Shown: in pieces, positions 27,153 through 36,836 of the stretch
How the letters are laid out: every line of letters starts with the position of its first letter
Numbering within the stretch: the stretch's first letter is position 1
DNA from: a virus
Taxonomy: Duplodnaviria > Caudoviricetes
Virus record (IMG/VR): IMGVR_UViG_3300045391_005020
Strand: one strand, 5' to 3'
DNA: 64,000 nucleotides
The notes under the pieces: model-generated
Seen by the model: only the letters and a program-made list of their open reading frames with translations
What the model was told of the DNA's origin: nothing
The model's database searches: none
Made by a program: the position numbers and the translations under genes

Positions 27153-27621
27153 CGGATGGTCTCCATCGTTTTTGAAAGAAGGCAGTGAAGGGGAGGACGC
27201 TATAGGTCAGGTCGTCGGTGACGACGCGTATGCAGGTGTCGTAGTCGACCGGACACGTGGTCGCGACCCACCGGCCGCGGTCCGCGACCCGGAACACCAG
27301 ACAGCACGGCACTCCGGCCGATGCTGAGAACTCGCTGAACGCTTTGGTGATCGGATGCGAGGCGGGCTTGGTCAACAACTCGTCGAAGTTAAATCGGAAG
27401 ATGCGGGTGCTCCCTACGCGGGTAACGCCGGTGAGGTTCAGATCGTTGAACCAGTCCCAACCAAAGTTCGGTCCGATCTCCTCGCGGGTGCGCGCGACCT
27501 GGCCGGATGTCCAGCCGATCTGCAGCAGCACGAGCCGTAGAGTCGACTCCTCGAAGCACTCGATCTTCTCATCCTCGGACTTGGGTCCGAAGATGAGCTC
27601 ATCGTAATCGGGTTCAGACAC
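27145..27621 (-). CDS. hypothetical protein
   Basis: ORF directly after RecA-like gene. Confidence 0.65.
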   Translation of the reverse strand: MSEPDYDELIFGPKSEDEKIECFEESTLRLVLLQIGWTSGQVARTREEIGPNFGWDWFNDLNLTGVTRVGSTRIFRFNFDELLTKPASHPITKAFSEFSASAGVPCCLVFRVADRGRWVATTCPVDYDTCIRVVTDDLTYSVLPFTAFFQKRWRPSDD

Positions 27622-27622
27622 G

Positions 27623-28882
27623 TTACTTCTTGGCCTTGGCGGGCTCAATGTCCACATCTTGGACGTTGTTATATTTGCGAATGTTCAGAAAGCGAGCAAC
27701 CTTCTCCCGGACCTCCGGGTTGGCCTCGATGGCGTTCCCGAATTCGCTGAAAGTGGCATCTACGAGCCCCAGGGCCTCGCATTTGATGCGTTTGCTGCCC
27801 TTGCCTTCGACGAAATACAGGATCGAGTCCAGACGTTCCTTGTCGCCGGCGTAGAGCTTGTTGGCGCCCTTGTCGTCGTACTTCATGCCCCACAGCAGTT
27901 CCCCGAGGGCGCCGCCCCAGTCGTATTTCATCAGCTGACGAGTGGAGCCGTCTTCCTGGGGCACATACTGCCACAGGACGTCGACCTTGATCTTGCGCTT
28001 GTCGGGACCGAGGCAGCTCATGTTGGATTCCATGTAGAGCGTATTGCCTTCGGTGGTGAGGTTCGGGTATGGCATCGACGGATGCGATGCGAACTGGACT
28101 CCTTGGCCCTTCGAAATCCGGATGCTGAGGCTGGCTTTGAAGCCTGCCGCGGCGCCGCCGGTTTCCTTCATCTGCGGAGCCATGCCGGGCTTCGCCGCGC
28201 CGTCGATCGATTGCTTGAGGTGACGCACGTATCCGACCGACATCAGAGTGCCGGTCAGCTGCATGGTCTCGAGGTAGCGCGTAATCTGCGCAGCGCGAGT
28301 CGGGAAGCCGCGAGCCTCCGCGTGACCTTCGTCCGCGACTGCTTCCTGTTCCGAAGCGCTGGCTTTGCCCGTGAGTGAGTCGATCGTCAAAAACACCGGA
28401 ACGCGCTTGCCTTTCTGGCCGGTCCCGAGTTTGTCTTTCGCGTACGATATCGCCGCGGTCGTGACATCCTGCCACTCCTCGGTCGATTCGGTTTCCTTGA
28501 ACAGGATCATCTTCTGCTGTTCGGGAGTCAGACGCCACTGCGTCATGGCGTCGAGCATCGACGCAGACGTCTTCGATTCATTGTCGATCGGGATGAACAA
28601 ACCGCCCTGCTGGGCGAACCAGGTTCCGATCTCGATGATCAGGGTCGACTTCATCGACTTGGGCAATCCGCTGACGCTCAGGTAGCGCTGACACGGGAAC
28701 ACGCTCGATCCGCCGATCATCCACTGGAAGGCCAAGCTCGGGATCTCGATCCCCCAGGTATGCTCGGCGTGGTCGCCGAGCTGGTACGCCTTAGTCGAGG
28801 TGCAGGCTTCGTTGAGCGCTGCGAGGGCCTCGGCCGCGATTCCTGATGGACCTTCTTGATCGGTGGATTGCTTCTTGGCCAT
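27623..28882 (-). CDS. RecA/UvsX-like recombinase
   Basis: IGG..FP, GLPKSMKST Walker A variant, IDNES, TIDSL Walker B, ETGG.A.GFKASLSIRI. Confidence 0.85.
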   Translation of the reverse strand: MAKKQSTDQEGPSGIAAEALAALNEACTSTKAYQLGDHAEHTWGIEIPSLAFQWMIGGSSVFPCQRYLSVSGLPKSMKSTLIIEIGTWFAQQGGLFIPIDNESKTSASMLDAMTQWRLTPEQQKMILFKETESTEEWQDVTTAAISYAKDKLGTGQKGKRVPVFLTIDSLTGKASASEQEAVADEGHAEARGFPTRAAQITRYLETMQLTGTLMSVGYVRHLKQSIDGAAKPGMAPQMKETGGAAAGFKASLSIRISKGQGVQFASHPSMPYPNLTTEGNTLYMESNMSCLGPDKRKIKVDVLWQYVPQEDGSTRQLMKYDWGGALGELLWGMKYDDKGANKLYAGDKERLDSILYFVEGKGSKRIKCEALGLVDATFSEFGNAIEANPEVREKVARFLNIRKYNNVQDVDIEPAKAKK

Positions 28883-28923
28883 GCGGGCTCCTGGGCGCTC
28901 AATCATGCAGAAAATACTGTCTA

Positions 28924-28943
28924 GTCAAACGTATTGTCATGAT
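28924..28943 (-). promoter_or_regulatory. ACAAT-N4-TTGAC promoter motif copy
   Basis: ATCATGACAATACGTTTGAC. Confidence 0.65.
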
Positions 28944-28964
28944 CTTGGCCGACATCATAAACAA

Positions 28965-28999
28965 ATGGGGCACCCCTATTTTTCTTCGGGGTGCCCCAT
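28965..28999 (-). terminator. intrinsic terminator
   Basis: ATGGGGCACCCC...GGGGTGCCCCAT followed by TTGTTT on minus strand. Confidence 0.65.
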
Positions 29000-29026
29000 C
29001 CAGATCACCTATCTGGTCCTATCCAG

Positions 29027-30229
29027 TTACGGATTCGGCTTGAGCAGCTTCTCGTACTCGGCCCTGATCGCGTCCTTGGAGGCCGCGGTCGGGAGAGTCG
29101 GGCTCGCCGGCGGGGTAGCTTCCGCGACCGCCGGAGCGGTAGCAGGTTGCGCCCACGCTTGAGGAGCCGGAGCAGCCGCAGGTGCGGTACCCCAGCCGCT
29201 GGTAGCCACCGGAGCCGCGGCGGGAGCCGCAACCGGAGTGACGCCCCAGCTACTCGACGGAGCGGCCTGCGGAGCAGGCTGAGCCGTCGGCTGCGACACC
29301 GTCTGGGCACTCATCGGAATACCGAGGCGTGCCATCGCGTCGGCGAACGCCGGCACCTTGGCCACCACACGCGCGCCGAACGCTTTCACCATCAGGTGAA
29401 TGTGCTCGTCGTACGTATACTCGCGGACCTGGCCTTCATACGGGATGAAGTAGTCCTGAGCCGGAATCGGCATCGCGCCGAGGACGTTAACCTCGAACTC
29501 ACGCGGTTTGCTGCCATTGGGTCTCTGGGCACCGACTCCAAATTGAGTATCGGTATTCTTGCCCTCACCCTTGATCTCGAGCTGCACGCCATTCTGGAAA
29601 TCGTACAGATCTTGACCGCGGCGAGCGGCGTCCGACAGGGTCTTGAGCAAGGCTTCGAAGCCCGTTTTGGTGAGAAGGACCGCGCAACCCAGCTTGGGCT
29701 GAGCGAGCGTTTCGCCATTGAGAACAATCACGCCACACTGAACCAGGACGTTATCCTGGATCTGACTCAGCGGGGCGCCGCTATTCTGCGGCTTGGTGGT
29801 CAGCTGCTGGAAGAGCGCCAGTTCGTCGCCGGCGAGTTCGTGCTTGTTGAACTTGCCTTTCCAAACCGGGTAAAGAGCGCGCCACGGCATCGTGAAGTCG
29901 TTGAGGGCCGCCAAGTCCACGGGATCGGTGCGGGGATCTTCGTTGTGCTTCGGATCCGCGAAACCGGTGAACTTCTGGAGCGAGCCCGCCATCACGACGG
30001 TCGGGCGAATGTAGAGATTGCTGAACTGGTAGTCGACAGAACCATCGGCGTTCTGCATCTGGCCGATCACCATCGGGAGCGGTTTGCCGTCTTTGAATTC
30101 CGGATAGATCCGGATTACGGTGCGCTTGTTGGTGGACGGCTTGACGATCGTCAGCTTGGAATTCGGAACCAGCAAGTCTTGAAAGAAATCTCGCTTGGGC
30201 TGGTTGTTTGCATTCGGGTTATAGACCAT
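29027..30229 (-). CDS. putative ssDNA-binding protein (gp32-like position)
   Basis: Between polymerase and recombinase, VIRIYP N-terminal strand, Ala/Pro-rich tail; function is inference. Confidence 0.45.
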   Translation of the reverse strand: MVYNPNANNQPKRDFFQDLLVPNSKLTIVKPSTNKRTVIRIYPEFKDGKPLPMVIGQMQNADGSVDYQFSNLYIRPTVVMAGSLQKFTGFADPKHNEDPRTDPVDLAALNDFTMPWRALYPVWKGKFNKHELAGDELALFQQLTTKPQNSGAPLSQIQDNVLVQCGVIVLNGETLAQPKLGCAVLLTKTGFEALLKTLSDAARRGQDLYDFQNGVQLEIKGEGKNTDTQFGVGAQRPNGSKPREFEVNVLGAMPIPAQDYFIPYEGQVREYTYDEHIHLMVKAFGARVVAKVPAFADAMARLGIPMSAQTVSQPTAQPAPQAAPSSSWGVTPVAAPAAAPVATSGWGTAPAAAPAPQAWAQPATAPAVAEATPPASPTLPTAASKDAIRAEYEKLLKPNP

Positions 30230-30377
30230 TGTGGTCCTTTCTTCTATGTCACGTGGTTTGGCAATTTTGTCCTAGTGTCTGATACGACCTGTTTGACCTA
30301 TGTGCCGTCGTGACGGATAAGCGGAGGGGACACAGTCCACTCCGCGGGATTACATTTGTACACTACTTGACTCAGAG

Positions 30378-33300
30378 TCAAGCCGCTTTGTTCATCTCGC
30401 TCGGGAGTTCCTGATCGAGCTCGCCCAACCGTTTCCTGAACACCTCGACGTCGATCTTGATCGACTTGTCGGTGCCCGGGATCTTGTTGAGGTCGACCAT
30501 GCAGAGCTGCAGGATTTGCTTCATCTCGCGGACGAACTCGGCCTTCACCTCGATGATGAAAGCGTCGTGGACCGGGATGCAGACCTTGAATCCGATCTGA
30601 CGGCCGATGTCGGTGCCGTAGCGGAATCGGTACAGGTTGATGCCTGCGACGGCCAGCATGTCGGCGACGCAGCCCTGAATCGGGCTATTGGCCGCTTCGC
30701 GCCGGACCGCGGCCTTGCCGCGATCGTCCATGTCTTCCACGCCCGGGAACCAGCGACGGCGCCCGAACGGAGTTTCGACGTAGCCGTTGTTCTCGGCCGA
30801 CTCCATGTTGGCCTGGATCCAAGCCCAGGCTTTACGGTACGAGCCAGCGAACGAATCGATGATCTCTTGGCAGTCTTCCTTGGTGACGCCCGGAACTTCC
30901 TTGCCGATCTCACGTGCCAACGCGGCGGCGCCGCGGCCATACATGAGTCCAAACACCACGGTCTTGGCCGCGGTGCGCAGAGCCGTGTACAGCTTCTTGA
31001 CGCGTTCGACCCAGTCTTTGTAGGACTTGTGCCGTTCCTTCGGATCCTGGATGCCCAGGACTCGCTCCAGTTCGGTGACAAATTCCTCTTTCTTGAAGGC
31101 GCGCATTGCCACTTCGGAGTGGAGGTCGCGACCCTCTTCGATGATCTCAGTCAGGATCTTGTCGCCAGACGCGAACGCCAACACGCACAACTCGGCGGTC
31201 TTGAAGTCGACCTCGATGAAGACGTTGCCGGCGTCAGGGACGTAGCACGACTTGAACATCGGGATGTCGAGTCGCTTCTCCTTCGGGATCTTGAGTTCCG
31301 GCGGACACTTCGACTTCGGTGAGTCGTCGGTGCGGTCGCGGTACTCCTTCACCGTCATGGGGCGCTTGGTTGGCAGTCCCTTGGCGTCCTTCTCCTCGAT
31401 CCAATCCATGTTGCGGGCCAGGAAGATCGCGAGAGCCGCGTCTTCCTGTTTCTTCGGATTGGTCTGCAGGTTTGCCTTGGACATGCGGTACCGACCGGTC
31501 GTGCTGGTCTGGTGCAGGTGTCCGCGAACACGCCCATCTCGAACCGAGATGTTGTGGCAAATACTCTTACCGTCCTCGCGTACCCCGAACTCGTTCTGGG
31601 GCACGTCGACCAAGTAGGTCTTGAGGAACTGGCCCAGGATCGACAGCTGCTTGAGCATGGTCAGGGTCCGGATTTCCGGATACCGGTGACTCAACATCTC
31701 GAGCGTCGCGACCTTGGTGGATGGCGAGTTCATCATCTGGGCCCGTATGCACAGCGGCTTTCCGGGTCCGTTCTGTTTCTCGTCTTCCTCCATGATCCTG
31801 GTCCACTCGACCGGATACTTATCCGAGTTGTAGAGCGGCGTCAGATCCAGGACGATGGCGTTTTCAGGCGCCTTCATCTTGTCCTTGTAGATCGCGTTAC
31901 TGAATAGGAAGGCCGCGCGCTGACGGGGCGAACTCGGGTTGAAGTCCGGCCAGTTGGCTTCCTCGCGGAATTCCTTCAGGATCGCGTCATACGTGGGCTG
32001 GTAGATCGAACGCAGCTTGGCGACCCGTTCGAGATCGACCTTCAGACCCTGCCGCTCGACATCGAGTAAGTGCAGGCTGGTCGGCATCACGATGTTCTCG
32101 AACAGATGCTTGAGACGTGCGTTCGCCGGCTTGTCCATTTCAGCCATGAGCTTCATGGCCGCACGGAAGTTGGCGTCGGCGTCGTAGCAGGCGTACAAGA
32201 GCAGGATCGAATGCGGGACATTTCGGTAACCGAATCGCAGATGCTGATTGCGGCCCGAGATGAACTTCGGTTTCGTCGGCGCCAGCGGACGGCCGCCGTC
32301 TGACTCATCGTCAGAGTCGTCCTCGGCGTCTTCCCAGGTGTCCCCGGTAAAGAGGCCGGTGTCGCGCTCATCGCTCACGACCGTGACCTTGGTAGTCCGG
32401 TAGTGCTCGAGTGCATCCTGATACTTCGCCATCTCGGCGTGGTATTGGTTGACCAGCTGGACGTCGGCGTCGTTCACCGGATTCATCTCGTCCGACAACC
32501 AGTCCTCGAGCGGCTTCCAATAAGGCCCGAACTCCGGGCAGTATTTACGGACCAAGTGGTCCAAGCCTTCTGACTCGTCGCCTTCGGAGCCGAACAGCAG
32601 ATGGTTCGCCAACATGGTATCGAAACCAGTCGCCAGCGTCTCGTCGATGTTGATACCTTCTCGCGAGGGCATCTCGATATCGACGCGAAGATGTTGTCCG
32701 ATCAGCTTCACGCCTGCACGCGATTGGATACGCTGCAAGCAGGCGGCGATTCGGGCACGCTCCTCGGGCGAGTGGATGACAGCGCCGCGCTCTCCGCGCA
32801 GCTTCATCACCACCGCCTGACCCTCAGCCCAGCAGCACTGCCAGGTCAGCAGGTAATTGAATTCCTCACGGGCGCAGTCGTTGCCGAATTCTGTGTCGAC
32901 ACACAGATGCGTGACGTTCTTCTCAGCAAGTTCGCGTTCGAAGGCTTCCAGCTGATCGGCGTTCTCGAGCACCCGGTAACCGGGCAACCAGCCGCTGATC
33001 GGGTGCCAAGCGTTCATCAGAACCTGCTGGGCCCTGAACAACTCGGACTTGAAGACCTCGATGCCGCCGGTCGTGCCGGTGAACACCGCCGGCGAGATCG
33101 TCGGGACCACGGGAATTCCTTCCCACGTATGGACGGTGCCGCGGAAATTGTCGAGCTTCGCGTCGTGGCCGAAGAACGCCTTGAGGGCGTCGGCGCCGAA
33201 CGTGATAATCACCTTCGGTTTGCACGCATACGCATCCGCCCGCACATAGGGGGCATTGGCGCGCTTGTGCTGTTCCTTGAAGGTCTTTTCGCCGTCCGGG

Positions 33301-33686
33301 AGCGCGAACCTGATCGCGTGGGTTACCAAGCAGCGAGTCGGTTCGAAACCGGCTTCCTTGAGTTCGCGCCGCAATACCTCACCGCCGCGCGACATCAGAC
33401 AGGTGCCGTACAGGATGTCTTCCTGGGACGGTGCCGGCAGAACCAGCAGGTAGTCGCACGCAGCCCAGCCGAATCCGTGGCCTTCGAGCGTGTCGGGGCG
33501 GCAGACCGGGTGGTGGGTGGGGTTGCCCTGACACTTCACCTCAGGCGGAGTGGTCTGGAAATTTCCAACTTCGAACGCCCACATCTCAGGCGAGACGCCC
33601 GGGTAATTGTGGATCCGGTATTCGTCATGGGTCGGATGCAGCTCCACGAAACCATCGGGAAGCGCACGTAGTTCAGCAACAGTCAT
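30378..33686 (-). CDS. polA: Family A DNA polymerase with N-terminal family-4 UDG-like domain and 3'-5' exonuclease
   Basis: UDG-like PKVIITFG; exo CVDTE, FDTMLA, YACYDA; TTGRY...NLQTNP; DFKTAEL (motif A); RTAAKTVVFGLMYG (motif B); NSPIQG; VHD (motif C). Confidence 0.95.
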   Translation of the reverse strand: MTVAELRALPDGFVELHPTHDEYRIHNYPGVSPEMWAFEVGNFQTTPPEVKCQGNPTHHPVCRPDTLEGHGFGWAACDYLLVLPAPSQEDILYGTCLMSRGGEVLRRELKEAGFEPTRCLVTHAIRFALPDGEKTFKEQHKRANAPYVRADAYACKPKVIITFGADALKAFFGHDAKLDNFRGTVHTWEGIPVVPTISPAVFTGTTGGIEVFKSELFRAQQVLMNAWHPISGWLPGYRVLENADQLEAFERELAEKNVTHLCVDTEFGNDCAREEFNYLLTWQCCWAEGQAVVMKLRGERGAVIHSPEERARIAACLQRIQSRAGVKLIGQHLRVDIEMPSREGINIDETLATGFDTMLANHLLFGSEGDESEGLDHLVRKYCPEFGPYWKPLEDWLSDEMNPVNDADVQLVNQYHAEMAKYQDALEHYRTTKVTVVSDERDTGLFTGDTWEDAEDDSDDESDGGRPLAPTKPKFISGRNQHLRFGYRNVPHSILLLYACYDADANFRAAMKLMAEMDKPANARLKHLFENIVMPTSLHLLDVERQGLKVDLERVAKLRSIYQPTYDAILKEFREEANWPDFNPSSPRQRAAFLFSNAIYKDKMKAPENAIVLDLTPLYNSDKYPVEWTRIMEEDEKQNGPGKPLCIRAQMMNSPSTKVATLEMLSHRYPEIRTLTMLKQLSILGQFLKTYLVDVPQNEFGVREDGKSICHNISVRDGRVRGHLHQTSTTGRYRMSKANLQTNPKKQEDAALAIFLARNMDWIEEKDAKGLPTKRPMTVKEYRDRTDDSPKSKCPPELKIPKEKRLDIPMFKSCYVPDAGNVFIEVDFKTAELCVLAFASGDKILTEIIEEGRDLHSEVAMRAFKKEEFVTELERVLGIQDPKERHKSYKDWVERVKKLYTALRTAAKTVVFGLMYGRGAAALAREIGKEVPGVTKEDCQEIIDSFAGSYRKAWAWIQANMESAENNGYVETPFGRRRWFPGVEDMDDRGKAAVRREAANSPIQGCVADMLAVAGINLYRFRYGTDIGRQIGFKVCIPVHDAFIIEVKAEFVREMKQILQLCMVDLNKIPGTDKSIKIDVEVFRKRLGELDQELPSEMNKAA

Positions 33687-34780
33687 GCTATTCCTCGATG
33701 GGTAAACGGAACCTGGTCCAACAACGCACGCATCCTGATCATGCCCAGGTCGGCGGCGTCCGGGACCGAGATCTTCTTGTTCTTGGGATCGGCGAACTTC
33801 TGGCGCGCGATCGCCAGCACTTCCTCGGGCCACTGCAAGATGTGGGCCGGGACCTTGAGGTATTGGTCGAGCTTCTTTTTCATCTCGAGCGCGAAGACGC
33901 GTTTCCGCTCATCGCGCGGATCTGGGATAGTGGTCTCGGGATCGATCGCGATGATGGCGGTGCGCCATTTCTTCGCGAAGGCAACGCAGCGCTCGTCGTC
34001 CAGGTCCTTGCCGAAAATCGCGATCCCGTTGGGTCCGCACGCGATCGCGTTGGTGATGCCTTCGCAGATAATCGGGATCTGGGATTCGTGGACGTTGTCG
34101 CCGTTGTAAAAGCACTTCCTGAAATGCGGATTGAACATCCACTTCGGCTCGGAGCCGTCGATCGCGCGTCCCTGCCAACCGGCCAACTGGCCGTCGACCA
34201 GGATTGGGAAGATGACGCGGTTCCGGGCCTTCGGGTAGAGTTCGTCGTGCTGTTCGGTAAACAGGGCGCCGTAGACTTTTCCCAGGTACTCCGGCGTCAG
34301 GCCGTTGTACTTGACGTTCAGGAACTGGCAGGCCTTGTGGTCCGCCTGCAACGACTGCAAGGGCACGCAGCCCAGCGGCAACCGCAACGGCGGAATCTCG
34401 ACCTGCGGAGCCAGCTGCGCGAACATCTCTGCGGCTCCGCTCGGAGTCCCGATGTCGTCCAGGAACTGGCGATAGAACTCCTCCCTGTAGACCTGACAAC
34501 CTCTTCCGGTTTCACACCGAATGTTGTGGGTCAGGCGCGGGAACTCTTTCGACGGGATCGTGAGCCACGAGTGGCCGATCCACAGCCGATACTTGGTATC
34601 ACCGCAGAGCGGGCAGCACACGCTGTATTGCTCGCCGCCCTGGTACACATCCAGGTGCCGGCGTCCGAAAGTATCGTACTCGACGCGCCACTTCATGGGC
34701 ACGCCGACACTAGAAATCTTGACCGTCCCGAACCGGCGCTTGAGCGCCGCATAGAGGATCGGATTGAGCGGTTGCGTCAT
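33683..34780 (-). CDS. DNA primase (Zn finger + TOPRIM)
   Basis: CPLCGD, RVIFP...GWQGR, ICEG. Confidence 0.85.
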   Translation of the reverse strand: MTQPLNPILYAALKRRFGTVKISSVGVPMKWRVEYDTFGRRHLDVYQGGEQYSVCCPLCGDTKYRLWIGHSWLTIPSKEFPRLTHNIRCETGRGCQVYREEFYRQFLDDIGTPSGAAEMFAQLAPQVEIPPLRLPLGCVPLQSLQADHKACQFLNVKYNGLTPEYLGKVYGALFTEQHDELYPKARNRVIFPILVDGQLAGWQGRAIDGSEPKWMFNPHFRKCFYNGDNVHESQIPIICEGITNAIACGPNGIAIFGKDLDDERCVAFAKKWRTAIIAIDPETTIPDPRDERKRVFALEMKKKLDQYLKVPAHILQWPEEVLAIARQKFADPKNKKISVPDAADLGMIRMRALLDQVPFTHRGIA

Positions 34781-36255
34781 TGTCCTTCCCCTTGCTGGCG
34801 TTTCTTGTCTTCGGTCGGAAGCGTCTTGCGGTCGTGGTCGACTTTGGTGCTGCAGAAGCGCTTGCCGCGTTTCTCGAAGCCGGTTGCCTCGTCGAAGCGC
34901 ACGATGGCGCCGTTCAGACGAACGATGACGGGTGGCTGCAGGGCGTCGTTACGCGACTTGGCGATCTTGAAGAGCTGCAGGCCCGTGTTCTGGTCGATCT
35001 CGTTCAGGACGAACACGTACGAACACGACACCGTAAATTGGCGGCAGTCCTTGGCGCAGTACTCGTTGTTGTCCGCAAACGCGCCTTTCTGGACTGCGTC
35101 CGTGGCCATCTGGTGCGCCACTACCGTGAGCGTGTTGTAACGACCGGCCCATTGAGCACAGGCTAGTCCGACATCCGACAAAGCTTCCTCGAGACGCTGA
35201 TAGCGCTTGTCGTTGTCCTTCATGAATTTCGCGAGGGGACCTGCCCAGTCGAGGTAGACCAGCGTCGGCGCGTCGCCGGCGGTCACGGACTCGCTGATGA
35301 AGTTCTCGATCTTGTCGAGGCCGCCGGGATGCTTGAAAAGATCCAAGCCCAGCAAGTTCTGGTCGACCAAATCCATCTTCTTCCGGGCCAACTCGGGATC
35401 GATTCCGAATTGACGAGCGGCTTCCTCGATGTTTCCGGCGCAGCGCTCGATCACCTTGTAGTCGATGCCGGTCGCACAGGCCGCGAGTTTCGCCGCGTAG
35501 GTATTGTCGTCGAAACCGATCTCGGTAAGGATCAGAATGACCTTCTTGCCCTTCAGGCACTGCTCGACGCACATCTGCATGCCGAGGGTCGACTTGCCGC
35601 CGCCCTGTTTGGAGATGATCGCGATCGAGCAGCGGTTCGTCGGTCCGAGGTCGCGACCGTTACCGCACAGTTTATCGATGAAACTGACGCCGGTCTGGAC
35701 GCGCGGTAGGTCGGTGGCAGGGGCGCGCTTTGAAAGAATATTGCGGCGTCCGATTCCGGAGCCGGCTTGCGCCTTCGCCTGAATCTCCGCCAGGCGGCGC
35801 TGCAGGTCAGCCATGTCGCCGGTCGTCTGGGCGACCGCGATGGCGTCCTGGTGTTCCTTGTCGATGTAGCAGATCTTATAGAGCTGTTCGATCGCAAGCT
35901 TGGCTACCGGAAGGCTGCCGGCGCCGATCTGGTCAAGCGTACACGCGAAGAAGAACCCCGCGACCGCGTCGAGCTCTTGCGCGGTCAAGTAGGCGCTGCC
36001 GCCGAATTGGCTCAGCAACTCCTGCGTCTTGGTCTTGATCGTGTACTCGTCCGGCGCGGTTTTGAACTGGCCGTAGTGGGTCTTGATCACGTCAAACATC
36101 AGTCCGATGGCGGCGTGGATCCTGGGATTGTTGAGATCGCGAACCTTGTCATGACCGAAATAACTCGTCTCAAGCTTGGCAGTCGCCTCAGCGAGGATCG
36201 ACTGCGTCTTCAGCATGTGACCAATCAGCGTATACAGGGAATCAGTTGGGATCAT
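34777..36255 (-). CDS. DnaB-like replicative helicase
   Basis: TGVSFID, GGGKST, LTE, YLDW, VVAHQ, IAKSRN. Confidence 0.85.
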   Translation of the reverse strand: MIPTDSLYTLIGHMLKTQSILAEATAKLETSYFGHDKVRDLNNPRIHAAIGLMFDVIKTHYGQFKTAPDEYTIKTKTQELLSQFGGSAYLTAQELDAVAGFFFACTLDQIGAGSLPVAKLAIEQLYKICYIDKEHQDAIAVAQTTGDMADLQRRLAEIQAKAQAGSGIGRRNILSKRAPATDLPRVQTGVSFIDKLCGNGRDLGPTNRCSIAIISKQGGGKSTLGMQMCVEQCLKGKKVILILTEIGFDDNTYAAKLAACATGIDYKVIERCAGNIEEAARQFGIDPELARKKMDLVDQNLLGLDLFKHPGGLDKIENFISESVTAGDAPTLVYLDWAGPLAKFMKDNDKRYQRLEEALSDVGLACAQWAGRYNTLTVVAHQMATDAVQKGAFADNNEYCAKDCRQFTVSCSYVFVLNEIDQNTGLQLFKIAKSRNDALQPPVIVRLNGAIVRFDEATGFEKRGKRFCSTKVDHDRKTLPTEDKKRQQGEGQ

Positions 36256-36836
36256 AAGAGTCCGATATGGTCAGCGAAGATCTCGCGGGCGAGCGGATGG
36301 GATGCCAGCTCACGACGAGCACTGTCACGATGACGGTCGAGCACGTCGGGAACCTGGTGCTTGATCGCGATATAGCAGCGGAAGAGAGGGGTGAACGGCG
36401 CCTGTTCATCACGGGCCAGCTCGGCCGGCGTGAAAGCGGCGCAGCGCTCTTGGAAATACTGGATCTGCCATTGGTACCTGTCGAACACGCTGGCCTCGAT
36501 CGAGTCGGAACGTTCCTGAACGGACTCCTCGACCTTGGTGGAGACCAATCCCTGTGGGTACAGTGGTGCGCCGATCCGGACCATCTCCTCGAGGCGCGCG
36601 TGCACGAACGCCTCGGGAGACTCGCCAGAATCGCGGCACATGAATGCGGCGGACAGGTAGTACCGGTCCGCGGACTTGCCTGTGCCGCCGACACGAGCGC
36701 CGGGAGCGCAATAACTTTGGCGTGACTGAATGAACGCAGTCCGGATCGCCGCTGCGAGCTGTTCGACCTCAGGGGTGACAGCGCGGTAACGTCCTTGTGC
36801 GTCCTGCTCAGGAGATTTTTTGGATCTGCCAGCCAT
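36252..36836 (-). CDS. hypothetical protein
   Basis: ORF between two helicases. Confidence 0.7.
   Translation of the reverse strand: MAGRSKKSPEQDAQGRYRAVTPEVEQLAAAIRTAFIQSRQSYCAPGARVGGTGKSADRYYLSAAFMCRDSGESPEAFVHARLEEMVRIGAPLYPQGLVSTKVEESVQERSDSIEASVFDRYQWQIQYFQERCAAFTPAELARDEQAPFTPLFRCYIAIKHQVPDVLDRHRDSARRELASHPLAREIFADHIGLL

Noticed and set aside
30378-33686. Intein or intron in the polymerase insertions
   Set aside because: No C/S...HN-C/S/T splice junctions or LAGLIDADG motifs; the reading frame is continuous.
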